Shown here piece after piece: positions 41,748-51,634 of a stretch of 64,000 bases of DNA. The notes under the pieces were generated by a model. That model saw only the letters and a list, made by a program, of their open reading frames with translations. It was not told the origin of the DNA and searched no databases. Numbering within the stretch: position 1 is the first letter of the stretch; every line of letters starts with the position of its first letter. The stretch is taken from assembly GCF_000142905.1 (NCBI RefSeq), contig NW_013657679.1:445076-509075 (forward strand), in the 5' to 3' direction. A program made the translations under genes and the position numbers. Origin of the DNA: Thecamonas trahens ATCC 50062 (Eukaryota; Protista; Apusomonadida).

Positions 41748-43042
41748 ATGTCAGGTATGTGATGGTGTCAGAAAGGGAGGGTGAGGGTAGCAGGGGAGGT
41801 GGGGAGGGGAGGCAGAGGGGGCTGGCCTCTGGCTGGAGACGACCCAAAATGTGGCTTCTGGGCAAGGCATGCTCACAAAGTACGANNNNNNNNNNNNNNN
41901 NNNNNNNNNNNNNNNNNNNNNNNNNNNNNNNNNNNNNNNNNNNNNNNNNNNNNNNNNNNNNNNNNNNNNNNNNNNNNNNNNNNNNCCGACCGGCCCGCTC
42001 GGGGGGGGGGGGGCGATGACGGACGGCGGGTGTAGACGGACTGTTTGACGACATCTCGGACGATGGCCTGTTTGGAACGGCCAACCCGCAGAACCCGTTT
42101 CGCACTGCTGGCGGTGACAACCTCTTTGGCGATCCGTTGTTTGACGCTGGCGCACCAGGTGGGGACGCCAATGAGCCTGCGGGCCTCCGTGGGCTGAGCA
42201 ACGAAGAGCTGTTCTCGTCGATCACGCCGGGTCGGACCAAGGCCCCGTCGATGGGCGGCCACGATCTTCTGGCCACAGTCTCGGCCACGGTCGGCGGCAA
42301 GTCGCAGCGGTCAAAGCGGCGCCGCAAGCGCAAGACGGACGCTCTGTTTGCGACGGCACCGGTGGCTGCCGCGGAGCCGGCCGCTGCTCCTGCTCCTGCT
42401 CCTGCTCCTGCTTCGACTCCTGCTCCTGAGCCCGAGCCCGAGCCCAAGCCTGAGCCCGAGCCCGAGCCCGAGCCCGAGCCGGCCGCCAAGACCGACGCCA
42501 AGGGCCTCACGCCGGCGCAGGCCCAGGTGAAGGAGCTTGTGAGGCGGCTAGTGACCCGCGGGACGCCAAGTGTTGCGTACGGCACGCTCAAGTCTGCGGC
42601 TGCTGACGAGGGCTTTGACAACGTGTTTGTCATTCTCAAGGCGCTCAAGAAGGCGCGTGTGGTCGACTACGCCGGCGGAATGATCACCACCGACACGGCG
42701 CGCGTGTACTTTGTGCCGTACGGCGGACGGGTGCCCAAGACAAATGGCTCGGGGTCCGGCGCTTCCGGCGTGCCGAGCCCGGGTGCTCAGCACACCGGGT
42801 CGTATCTGCGGAGCCAGGCCACGAGTCAGCCCAAGGCGACGAGTGGCAGCAATGCAGCGACGCTGTCGGCGTCGACCAAGCGCGAGCTTGCGGCGCGCGA
42901 GGCGCAACAAGAGTCTGAGCGCGACGCGCGGCTGCGGGCAGCCGAGGCCGAGCGGGAGGCGCAGGCGGCCGAGCTGCAGCGGCGGGCGCAGGCACGGCGC
43001 GAGGTTAAGCGTCCGACGATGTTTTCGCGTGCGGCAGCGTGA
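41748..43042 (+). CDS. Acidic LF-motif region + Costars-like domain; probable 5' exons of the downstream myosin
   Basis: Micro-exon ATGTCAG (41748-41754) with GTATGT donor and TAG acceptor at 42035 gives MSDGLFDDISDDGLFG..NPF..DNLFGDPLFD. VKELVRRLVTRG..SVAYGTL..FDNVFVILKALKKARVVDYAGGM resembles Costars/ABRACL. Confidence 0.7.
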
Positions 43043-43136
43043 TGAGCGGGCGCGCTGCGAATGCGAGGCCGAGGCGGTCGAACTTTTGGCGCGGGTTCTA
43101 TTGGTTTTTCGTCTTTTATTTTCCAAGTTAGCTTAG

Positions 43137-46100
43137 TCCGAGGCGACCAAGGCGCGTGAGGCCGAAGCCGCGGCGGCGGCTGCCAAAGCGGCCAAGGCCA
43201 AGGCTGCGGCTGCCGCCGCCGCTGAAGAGGCTCGCGCTGCGGCGGTGGCCAAGGCCAAGGCCGATGCCAAGGCCCGCGAGGAGGCCGAGCGCAAGGTCGA
43301 GGCCGAGGCGCTCCGGGCCAAGCTCGCTTCGCCGGAGACGTCCGAGTACTCGGAGCGGTCGCGGACGCGGACGCGGACTCTATCAACGACATCGCGGGGC
43401 GCCGCTGGACTCCCGACGTCTGCGCCTCAAGTCTCGTCGCCGCTGGTGTCGCCGGCACCGGCAAAGGCGTCGGAAGCGGCAGCGGCGGCCGAGGAGAAGC
43501 GGCTGCTGCAGGAGATGGCGCGGCAGCAGCAGGCCGAAGAGCAGGAGCTGCGGGTGGCACGCGAGGCGCGCCGGCTGCGCGAGGCTCAGGAGCGTGTGGA
43601 GATCGAAAAGGCGGCCGAGGCACGGCGCGCTGCCGAGGTGGCGGCGGCGCTGGCAGCAGCCAAGTCGAGCGGTGTGTCTGCTTCAAGCAGCTCGGGCGCA
43701 AGCACCGAGGCTGTGGCGGCGGCGTCGGCGTCCGAGGCCTCGGGTTGGGTCGAGCTCCAGACCGAGGACGGCTTTGTGTACTACTACAACGAGGCGCTCG
43801 ATCTGACGCAGCACACCAAGCCGGACGCACTCAAGACTGCAGCCGACTTTGCCCACACCGGCGAGTGGGTGTGGGTGGCTGTGGAGAAGGACGGATACGT
43901 TCCCGGCAAGGTGGTGACGCGGTCCTCGGCCGGCGTGGTGACGCATGTCGAGACCGAGGATGGGCACACGGTCAAGATTTCACCCAAGGATCGGCAGCCG
44001 CTGTACCCGCTCAACAAGGCAGACCTCAACAAGGACTCGGACGACCTTGTGCAGATGAACGCCATCGACGAGGGTATCATTCTCCATGCGCTCTCGCGGC
44101 GGTTTGCGCGCGACGTCATCTACACCAACATCGGGAGCATTCTCATTGCGGTCAACCCATACAAGTGGGTCAAGCCGTCGCCGTACGGAGACGACGTCAT
44201 GGCCAAGTACGCGGCCAAGGGCACCGGCCTTGCCCCGCCGCACATCTTTGACATTGCGGACGCGGCGTACCGCGAGATGTCGGACGCGCTGTCGACCGGC
44301 GTGCCGCCAAACCAGTCGATTCTCATTTCGGGCGAGTCGGGTGCCGGCAAGACCGAGGCGACCAAGCAGGCGCTCAAGTACCTCGCGTTTGTGGCCGGCT
44401 CCGAGTCTGGGGTGGAGGCCAAGTTGCTGGTGGCCAACCCTGTGCTAGAGGCGTTTGGCAATGCTGCGACGCTACGGAACCATAACTCGTCGCGGTTTGG
44501 CAAGTGGATGGAGGTGTTCTTCTCACCGTCGCGCGCCATTTCGGGCGCGCGGTTCAACAACTACCTGCTCGAAAAGTCGCGGGTGGTTCACCAGGACGCC
44601 GGCGAGCGCAACTACCACATCTTCTACCAGCTTGCCCGCGATCCGGTCTGGGGACCGCGGTTTGGCCTGGAGAGCCCGAGTCAGTACGTGTACACGCAGA
44701 CGCACACCGACATCGAGTTTGGCTCGTGGTCGGACGCGAGCCAGTTTGCCGAGCTCCTCGAGGCGATGGAGACGCTCGGCTTTGCCACGGCGACGGTGGA
44801 GGGCATTCTGCAGACGGTGGCGGCGTGCCTCCACCTCGGCAACCTCACGTTTGCCGAGGGCGAGAGCGAGGACTCGTCACGGGTCACCTCCAAGCCGGTC
44901 CTCAAGCAGTGCGCGTCGTTGCTCGGGCTGTCGGGCGGGGCGCTCGAGGCAGCGCTGGTGAACAAGACCATGATCCTTCCCAACCAGTCGCAGGTGGTCA
45001 TTCCGCTCTCGCCGTCTGCAGCGGCCGACAACCGCGACGCGCTGGTCAAGTCGCTCTACGCCTCGCTCTTTGACTTTCTGGTGGTGCAGATCAACGCGGC
45101 GATCGAGGTGCCCGGGGCCGCGGCGGCGTCGTGCGCCACCATCGGAGTTCTCGACATCTTTGGCTTTGAGATTTTCGAGACCAACTCGTTTGAGCAGCTC
45201 TGCATCAACTTTGCAAACGAGAAGCTCCAGCAGCACTTTAACGCGCACACGTTCAAGCTCGAGCAAGAGCTGTACGAGTCCGAAGGCATCGCCTTTGACG
45301 AGGTCAAGTACATCGACAACCAGCCGGTGCTCGACCTGCTCGAGGCGCGGCGCGGCGGGGTGTTTGCCATTTTGGACGAGGAGCTGCTGCTCACGTCTGC
45401 GACGGACAAGCGGCTTGTGGAGAAGCTCCACGCGGCACACTCGGACTCGCCGCACTACGTCGTCTCGTACCTTGCGCCGTACGCGTTTGGCATCAAGCAC
45501 TACGCCGGCGAGGTCACGTACGACGTCACCGGCTTCCTTGAGAAGAACAAGGACACGCTCGAGCAGGACCTTCTGACGCTCGTCTCGGGCTCGGACAACA
45601 CCTTCCTCCGCGGCCTCTTTGACGTCGAGGCCTCCAAGCACCGCAAAAAGTCTGTCGGCTACCAGTTCCGGTCGCAGCTTGGTGAGCTGATGGAGGAGCT
45701 CAACGCGACGACGCCGCACTATGTGCGGTGCATCAAGCCCAACTCGGTCAAGCGCCCGGGCAAGTGGGAGGGCCACGACGTGCTGCTTCAGCTCCGCTAC
45801 GCCGGTGTGTTTGAGGCTGTTGCCATCCGGCAGTCGGGCTACCCGTTCCGCTGGACGCACGCGCAGTTTATTCAGCGCTACGGGGTGTTCAACATGTGGC
45901 AAAAGGGCGCGTCGGCCAAGGCGACGTGCAAGGCGATCATGGCAGCGGTGGGCGTCGACCCCAAGCACATCCAGCTCGGGCGGACACGCGTGCTGTACCG
46001 CGCGCAGGCGCACCGGGTCCTGGAGATCGCGCGCTCGGTCATCCTGCAAAAGATGGCAATGCGGATCCAGCGGTGCTACCGCGGGCATCGGGCGCGCAAG

Positions 46101-49100
46101 ATTGCGCGCGAGATGAGCAAGCTCCGCGACGTACTTGCCCGCGCCATTGCAGAGCGGTCGTTTGAGGCGCTCTCACAGGCGCTGGCCCAGGCCGACGCCT
46201 CGCCGTTCCAGCTGTACATTGCGACCGAGGCCCGTGGGGTGTTGGCCGAGTTGGCGGCCGAGGAGGAGGTCAAGGCGAGCATGGCGAGCTTTGTGGGCAA
46301 AGACCCGGACGTGCACTACGAGGCCATTGTGGGTGTGCTCAACAAGGCTACCGAGCTCGGCCTGGCTGTTCCGGTCATGGCCACGCTCCGCGAGTCGATT
46401 GCGTCGATTGCCGAGCGCAAGGAGGCGGCGATCAACCTCCGCGACGGCACGACCGAGTACGACCGGGTCAAGCTCGAGGCCGGCATCGAGGCGGCACTCC
46501 GGCTCCAACTACCGCTCAAGGCCGAGATTGCGCAGGCGCGTGCGGTGCTCCGCGACGTCGGAACGGAAGAGGTGCTGGTGAGCCAGCTGGGGCCGGCGCT
46601 GCTTTCGGCGACGGAGGACCTGCTTCCTCTGGAGGACGCGCTCTCGCGCGCGGTCGACTTTGGGCTCAAGACGCCGCAAGGCATGCAGCTCCGGGCGCAG
46701 CTCGAGGCGGCGCTCCTCATCCGGCGCGCGATCCGCGACCAGGCATGGGAGTCGCTCAACGAGGCGCTCAACCGGGCCGAGAGCTCAGGCCTGACCAACG
46801 CCGACGTGTCGGGAGCACGTGCGGGACTCGCCAAGCGGGCGCGGATGGGCGCGGTGGCGGCACGGCTCAAGCACGCATGCCGCGCCAAGTGCGTTGAACG
46901 GATGGAGGCTGCGCTCGACGAGGCCAACGCGCTCGACATGCGCAACTCGGTGTGGTCGTCGTGGTCGCGTGAAGTTGAGGCCGCATCTGCGCGCCTCGAG
47001 GCGCACAAGCGCATGCTCAAGGCTCTGCGAATCACGCTCACGCCCGGACACGAGGACGACATTGCCGAACTTGGCCGAGTTGTGCGCGAGGCGGAGGAGT
47101 ACGAGTTTGTGGAGGCCAAGGAAAAGGCACTACTCGCCGAGGCGCGGGTGGTGCTTTCCATCCGGTCTGCCCTGGCAACGGACGACTTTGAGTCACTCGC
47201 AGAGGCTGTGGCGGACGGGCTTGACGCGCACAACACGTCGCATGAGGTGCAGCTTGCGGCGGAGGGTCTCGCGCTTCGCGAGAGGATGGCGGATGTTGCG
47301 CGCAGCCTGGAGGCTGCGGCCGACAAGGCGTGTGCCGACTCGATGGCGAGCGCGGTTGAAGAGGCGGTCCGGCTGGATATGAAGAGCTCGCGATGGTCGA
47401 CGTGGGGCGGGCTGTTGGCGAGTGTGGAAGACAAGCTCGCGGAGCACGAGTCGCTGGTGCGTGCGCTGACGGCGGCGATGGCGCCAGGCACGTCGGCGTC
47501 GATTGCACCGCTGTCCGAGGCCATTGGCTCGTCACTGGCGTACGGGTTCAAGGTGGAGAAGGATGTGCGGCTGCTCCGGTCTGCGCAGGTCATCCTCACC
47601 ATCCGGCAGGCGCTTGCGGGGACCGACTTCGCGACGCTGGCGAGCGCGGTGGAGAAGGCGCGGGCGCTGTTCTTCTCGCATTCGGAGGTGGAGGCTGTGG
47701 CGGAGGGCCTTGCGCTGCGGGAGCGGATGAGCGGCGTTGCGGCGCGGCTGGAAGAGGGCATGCGGAGCCACTCTGCCGAGCTGATGGCGTCGTCCGAGGC
47801 TGCTGCAGTGGCGCTGGACATGGATACTTCGTATTGGTCGACGTGGGGCGAGGTGCTCAAGGCCGGGCGTGCGCAGCTTGCGAAGCACAACTCGCTGGTG
47901 GAGGCGCTCAAGGGCGCGCTCGCGCCAGGGACGGAGAAGCTGACGGGCCCGCTTGCCGAGGCGCTCGACGCAGCCGACGAGTACGGCTTTGTGACCGAGG
48001 CCGATGTGGCGCTGGCGACCAAGGCGCGGCTGACGCTGGCCATGCGCCGGGCGGTTGCAGCGCGGCTGTGGGAGCCACTGCGGGAGGCTGTGAGCAAGGC
48101 GGCGTCGTCGGGCTTCCAGTCGGGCGAGATTGCGACGTACGGGTCCGGCCTTGCGGAGCGGACCAAAATGTCAGCGGTAGCCGACGAGCTAGAGGCTGCG
48201 TCGGCGGCGCACGACGCGTCGCGGCTGGCACGCGCGCTCAAGAAGGCGCGGTCGCTGGAGATGGACACCTCGTTCTGGTCGTCGTGGGCTGACGAGGTCG
48301 AGGCTGCGGCCAGCCTCCTCGACAAGCACCGCAAGCTTGTGACCAAGCTCAAGTCCGTGATTGCGGTGGGGACTCGCGAGCTCATTGACCCGCTCGCAAA
48401 CGCTATTGCTGAAGCCGAGGCCTTTGGCTTCAAGGTCGAGGGCGACCTCGCGCTGGTGCGCAAGGCGCAGGTTACGCTCGACCTCCGGCGGGCGCTCTCG
48501 GTCAAGTCGTGGGAGGGCATCAAGGCGGCGGTGGAGGCCGCGGCACACCTTGGGTACCTCTCGTCCGAGGTGGATGCTGCGTCGCAGGGTCTCGCGCTGC
48601 GGAAAAAGATGGCGGAGACTGCAAAGGAGCTGAAGGAGGCGATGGCTGCGCACGACGCGGCGCTGCTCGACGAGGTCCTTTCCAAGGCGATGGAGCTCGA
48701 CATGGGCGGCGAGTCGTTCTGGTCGTCGTGGGCCGAGGTTGTAATCGCTGGTGAGGCGCAGCTTCGGGAGCATACCAAGCTCAAGAACACGCTCAAGGCG
48801 TGCATGGGCCCGCGGACCCAGCTCCTCATCGAGCCGCTGGCCGAGGCGCTCAACGCGGTCATCGAGTTTGGGTTCTCAGTGGATGCCGACCTCGGGCTGC
48901 AGCGGCGGGCGCAGCTGACGCTCGATGCGCGCCGGGCCATGGCGGACCGCAACTTTGTGGCGCTGACCGGCGTGGTTGACCGCGCGTCTGCGTTTGGCGT
49001 TGTCTCACCCGAGCTTCAGGACTACGCGGCGGGCCTGCAGACGCGGAGCGCGATGGAGGGCGTGGCCAAGGCGGTGGCGCGGGCGGCCGATGCGCACGAT

Positions 49101-50831
49101 GCGCGGGCGCTAGAGGCTGCGCTTGCGCATGCAGACGAGCTCGAGATGGAGACCTCGGTGTGGTCGACGTGGGAGGGTGAGCTGGGTGAGGCGCGCAAGC
49201 AGCTCGCCCACCACACCGGAATCATCTCGCGGATCTCGTCGTCGCTGCTCCCGGGCGCCGAAGACGACATCGAGGGCCTTTCGGGTGCGCTGGAGGCTGC
49301 GGCCGAGTTTGAAATGATGGTCGAGTCTGACGTGGAGCTTGTGGATCGGGCGACTGTTGTGCTTGCGCTCCGCAAGGCACTCGCGCACTACGATGTGTCT
49401 GCGGTGGAGCAGGCGATGGCGCGTGCGCGGTTCGTGGGCATCGACGAGGCCGAGTCCAACGAGCTGGCGAGTGCGATCAAGGCCGTGGCGCTTGTGGCGC
49501 AGCTGGAGGGCATGGCTGCGCAGATGCGCAAGTCGCTGGCGGTGCACGACGGGCCGGCGCTGGCGAGCCAGCTCGCAGAGGCGCGGCAGGCCGGGATGGA
49601 CTCGTCGGGCTGGTCGCAGTGGGGCGAGCTTGTGGTCTCTGCCCAGGAAGTGGTGCGGCAGCACCGGCAGGTGACGATGGCGCTCCACGCGACGCTGGCG
49701 GCGGGTACGTCGCTTCAGATCGAGCCGCTTGCGCAGGCGCTGGAGAACGCACAAGCCTTTGGCCTGCACACAGCCGAGGACGTGGCGCTGATGCAGGGCG
49801 CCGAGGTGACGCTTGCGCTCCGGCGCGGGCTGGCAAGCAACGACTGGACAGCGATCCGCGGAGCGCTCGACCAGGCGACGGTTGTCGGCTTTGAGTCGGA
49901 GGAGACGACCGAAGCTGCAAGTGGGATGGAGGAGCGAAGCCAGCTTAGTAAGGTGGCGGACGCGCTCAACGACGCGATCAACCGCCGCGACGGAGCCAAG
50001 CTTCGGCGGCTGGTGGGTGAGGCCGAGGCGCTGGACATGGCGCGGTCGCGGTGGTCGACCTGGTCGGAGCTGTACACGTCTGCGCTCACGACGCTCACGA
50101 CGTACGAGAGTCTGCGGTCGACGCTCGAGGCCGCGCTGGTGCCTTCGCAGGTCCCGCTGGGCAAGCTCGACGCGACGCTCGAGGCAGCGGCGGCTTTCCA
50201 CTTTTACTCAGTCGACGACCTCGCGCTGGTCAAGGCTGCGCAGGTGCTGGCGGACTTGCGTCGGGCGATGCTCGAGGAGAACTTTGAGGCGCTGGCGCGG
50301 GTGCTGGGCGCAGCATCAGAGGCCTCGCTTGACACGGATGAGATCGATGAGGCTGGTCTCACGCTCGACCTGTACCGCAAGCAGAGCGCAAGCGCCGACG
50401 ACCTGGCTGCAGCGGTGGAGGACGTGTTCCTCCTCGAGCCGACGGCGGTCGATGAGCTGCAGCAGGCAGTTGACGCCGGTGCAGCGCTCAACATGGCGAC
50501 CTCGCGTGTGGCGTCGTTTGCAGCCAAGTTTGGCGAGGCGCGGGCGCTGCTCGACAAGCTGCGCAACATCGAGACGCTCGTCGAGCAGGGCGTGGCCATG
50601 TGCGACGAGTCGCTCCTGCGGCGCGGAGTGGCCGAGGCCGACGCGCTCGGATGGGTCGCCGAGTCGGTCGAGGTCGCGCGGCTGCTCGTTGACGACGTGG
50701 TTGCGGTGGCCGAAGAGACCGAAGACGCGCTGCGCGACGGCTCGCGCGGCGCGCTCCTCCGGGCCAAGGACAAGGCCGACGTCATCGGGTTCGCGAGGTG
50801 CGCCGATGCGCTCGAGGCAGCGCTGTCGTGA
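43137..50831 (+). CDS. Unconventional myosin heavy chain: WW + N-terminal SH3-like + motor + IQ + repeat tail
   Basis: GWVELQTEDGFVYYYN (WW), IYTNIGSILIAVNPY, GESGAGKT, NHNSSRFGK, LLEKSR, DIFGFE, FEQLCINFANEKLQ, PHYVRCIKPN and IQRCYRG. The frame is open from the AG acceptor at 43136. Confidence 0.93.
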   Translation, partial: SEATKAREAEAAAAAAKAAKAKAAAAAAAEEARAAAVAKAKADAKAREEAERKVEAEALRAKLASPETSEYSERSRTRTRTLSTTSRGAAGLPTSAPQVSSPLVSPAPAKASEAAAAAEEKRLLQEMARQQQAEEQELRVAREARRLREAQERVEIEKAAEARRAAEVAAALAAAKSSGVSASSSSGASTEAVAAASASEASGWVELQTEDGFVYYYNEALDLTQHTKPDALKTAADFAHTGEWVWVAVEKDGYVPGKVVTRSSAGVVTHVETEDGHTVKISPKDRQPLYPLNKADLNKDSDDLVQMNAIDEGIILHALSRRFARDVIYTNIGSILIAVNPYKWVKPSPYGDDVMAKYAAKGTGLAPPHIFDIADAAYREMSDALSTGVPPNQSILISGESGAGKTEATKQALKYLAFVAGSESGVEAKLLVANPVLEAFGNAATLRNHNSSRFGKWMEVFFSPSRAISGARFNNYLLEKSRVVHQDAGERNYHIFYQLARDPVWGPRFGLESPSQYVYTQTHTDIEFGSWSDASQFAELLEAMETLGFATATVEGILQTVAACLHLGNLTFAEGESEDSSRVTSKPVLKQCASLLGLSGGALEAALVNKTMILPNQSQVVIPLSPSAAADNRDALVKSLYASLFDFLVVQINAAIEVPGAAAASCATIGVLDIFGFEIFETNSFEQLCINFANEKLQQHFNAHTFKLEQELYESEGIAFDEVKYIDNQPVLDLLEARRGGVFAILDEELLLTSATDKRLVEKLHAAHSDSPHYVVSYLAPYAFGIKHYAGEVTYDVTGFLEKNKDTLEQDLLTLVSGSDNTFLRGLFDVEASKHRKKSVGYQFRSQLGELMEELNATTPHYVRCIKPNSVKRPGKWEGHDVLLQLRYAGVFEAVAIRQSGYPFRWTHAQFIQRYGVFNMWQKGASAKATCKAIMAAVGVDPKHIQLGRTRVLYRAQAHRVLEIARSVILQKMAMRIQRCYRGHRARKIAREMSKLRDVLARAIAERSFEALSQALAQADASPFQLYIATEARGVLAELAAEEEVKASMASFVGKDPDVHYEAIVGVLNKATELGLAVPVMATLRESIASIAERKEAAINLRDGTTEYDRVKLEAGIEAALRLQLPLKAEIAQARAVLRDVGTEEVLVSQLGPALLSATEDLLPLEDALSRAVDFGLKTPQGMQLRAQLEAALLIRRAIRDQAWESLNEALNRAESSGLTNADVSGARAGLAKRARMGAVAARLKHACRAKCVERMEAALDEANALDMRNSVWSSWSREVEAASARLEAHKRMLKALRITLTPGHEDDIAELGRVVREAEEYEFVEAKEKALLAEARVVLSIRSALATDDFESLAEAVADGLDAHNTSHEVQLAAEGLALRERMADVARSLEAAADKACADSMASAVEEAVRLDMKSSRWSTWGGLLASVEDKLAEHESLVRALTAAMAPGTSASIAPLSEAIGSSLAYGFKVEKDVRLLRSAQVILTIRQALAGTDFATLASAVEKARALFFSHSEVEAVAEGLALRERMSGVAARLEEGMRSHSAELMASSEAAAVALDMDTSYWSTWGEVLKAGRAQLAKHNSLVEALKGALAPGTEKLTGPLAEALDAADEYGFVTEADVALATKARLTLAMRRAVAARLWEPLREAVSKAASSGFQSGEIATYGSGLAERTKMSAVADELEAASAAHDASRLARALKKARSLEMDTSFWSSWADEVEAAASLLDKHRKLVTKLKSVIAVGTRELIDPLANAIAEAEAFGFKVEGDLALVRKAQVTLDLRRALSVKSWEGIKAAVEAAAHLGYLSSEVDAASQGLALRKKMAETAKELKEAMAAHDAALLDEVLSKAMELDMGGESFWSSWAEVVIAGEAQLREHTKLKNTLKACMGPRTQLLIEPLAEALNAVIEFGFSVDADLGLQRRAQLTLDARRAMADRNFVALTGVVDRASAFGVVSPELQDYAAGLQTRSAMEGVAKAVARAADAHDARALEAALAHADELEMETSVWSTWEGELGEARKQLAHHTGIISRISSSLLPGAEDDIEGLSGALEAAAEFEMMVESDVELVDRATVVLALRKALAHYDVSAVEQAMARARFVGIDEAESNELASAIKAVALVAQLEGMAAQMRKSLAVHDGPALASQLAEARQAGMDSSGWSQWGELVVSAQEVVRQHRQVTMALHATLAAGTSLQIEPLAQALENAQAFGLHTAEDVALMQGAEVTLALRRGLASNDWTAIRGALDQATVVGFESEETTEAASGMEERSQLSKVADALNDAINRRDGAKLRRLVGEAEALDMARSRWSTWSELYTSALTTLTTYESLRSTLEAALVPSQVPLGKLDATLEAAAAFHFYSVDDLALVKAAQVLADLRRAMLEENFEALARVLGAASEASLDTDEIDEAGLTLDLYRKQSASADDLAAAVEDVFLLEPTAVDELQQAVDAGAALNMATSRVASFAAKFGEARALLDKLRNIETLVEQGVAMCDESLLRRGVAEADALGWVAESVEVARLLVDDVVAVAEETEDALRDGSRGALLRAKDKADVIGFARCADALEAALS
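46700..50550 (+). repeat. Eight ~147-aa tandem protein repeats (LDM..S.WS[STQ]W) in the myosin tail
   Basis: First Trp codons at 46953, 47394, 47835, 48276, 48720, 49161, 49611 and 50052 (spacing 441, 441, 441, 444, 441, 450, 441 nt). A degenerate ninth unit lies near 50500. Confidence 0.9.
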
Positions 50832-51010
50832 GCAAAAGCAACAGAGTTTAGACAGAAAACAGTGTGGCGAGTGCGAGCGAGCGAGGGAGTGGGCGAGCAA
50901 GCGAGCGGGGGAGAGCGAGCGAGCACGCGAGCGCACGCCGCAGGCTGCGGGGCCGGGAGCCGAAGCGTCAAGCGTCGAGCATCCGGGCGTCCGCTGCGAG
51001 CGCAGCCAGC

Positions 51011-51360
51011 TTACTTGCCGGTCTTCTTCTTCTTGGTACCCTGCTGCTGCTTGGCACGGACGTTCTTGTGGTTGGCCTTCTGCTTGTACGGCCCGTTGGC
51101 CACAAGGTTGAGGCTCTGCTTGACGACCTTCTTCTTGCCGCCGTTGGCAGCCTGGTTGTTGCCGTTGGCGGCCTCCTCTGCGGCCTTGGCGGCGGCCTTG
51201 CGGGCCCGCTTCTCGGCAAGGGCGGCAGCGTCGCGCTCCTTCTTGTTGAGGATGGCGTTGGGCGTGGAGACCGACGAGTCGCCCTTCTTCTTGTTGCCCT
51301 TGGCATGCTTTTCGCGGCGCTTGAGCGCGCGCTGGCGGTCCACTTCACGTTGGTTGCCAC
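51011..51360 (-). CDS. SERF/4F5-family small basic protein (last exon; first micro-exon probably in the N gap)
   Basis: TTAG acceptor at 51361, then (R)GNQREVDRQRALKRREKH...KKERDAAAL, matching the M.RGNQRE..R family start. Confidence 0.75.
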
Positions 51361-51634
51361 CTAAGGGGGGTTGAGAGGGGGGGGGGTGGAGAGGAGGTCG
51401 CGTGGGGCGAAGGGGGGGCGAGGGGGGGGGGGAAGGGGGGGGGGGGGGGGGGGGTAGGGGGAGGGAGGAAGGNNNNNNNNNNNNNNNNNNNNNNNNNNNN
51501 NNNNNNNNNNNNNNNNNNNNNNNNNNNNNNNNNNNNNNNNNNNNNNNNNNNNNNNNNNNNNNNNNNNNNNNNATGGGAATGGATAGGGGTAAGGGGGTGT
51601 GAAGGGGGTGAAGGGGGTGAAGGGGGGGGGGGGG

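Noticed and set aside
42385-42482. (gctcct)n and (gagccc)n hexamer repeats as separate elements
   Set aside because: They encode an AP/EP linker inside a coding region.
46316-48952. Long antisense ORFs (e.g. 878 aa opposite the myosin, 515 aa opposite the TPR gene)
   Set aside because: Expected shadows of GC-rich codon usage; Ser/Ala/Arg-rich with no motifs.
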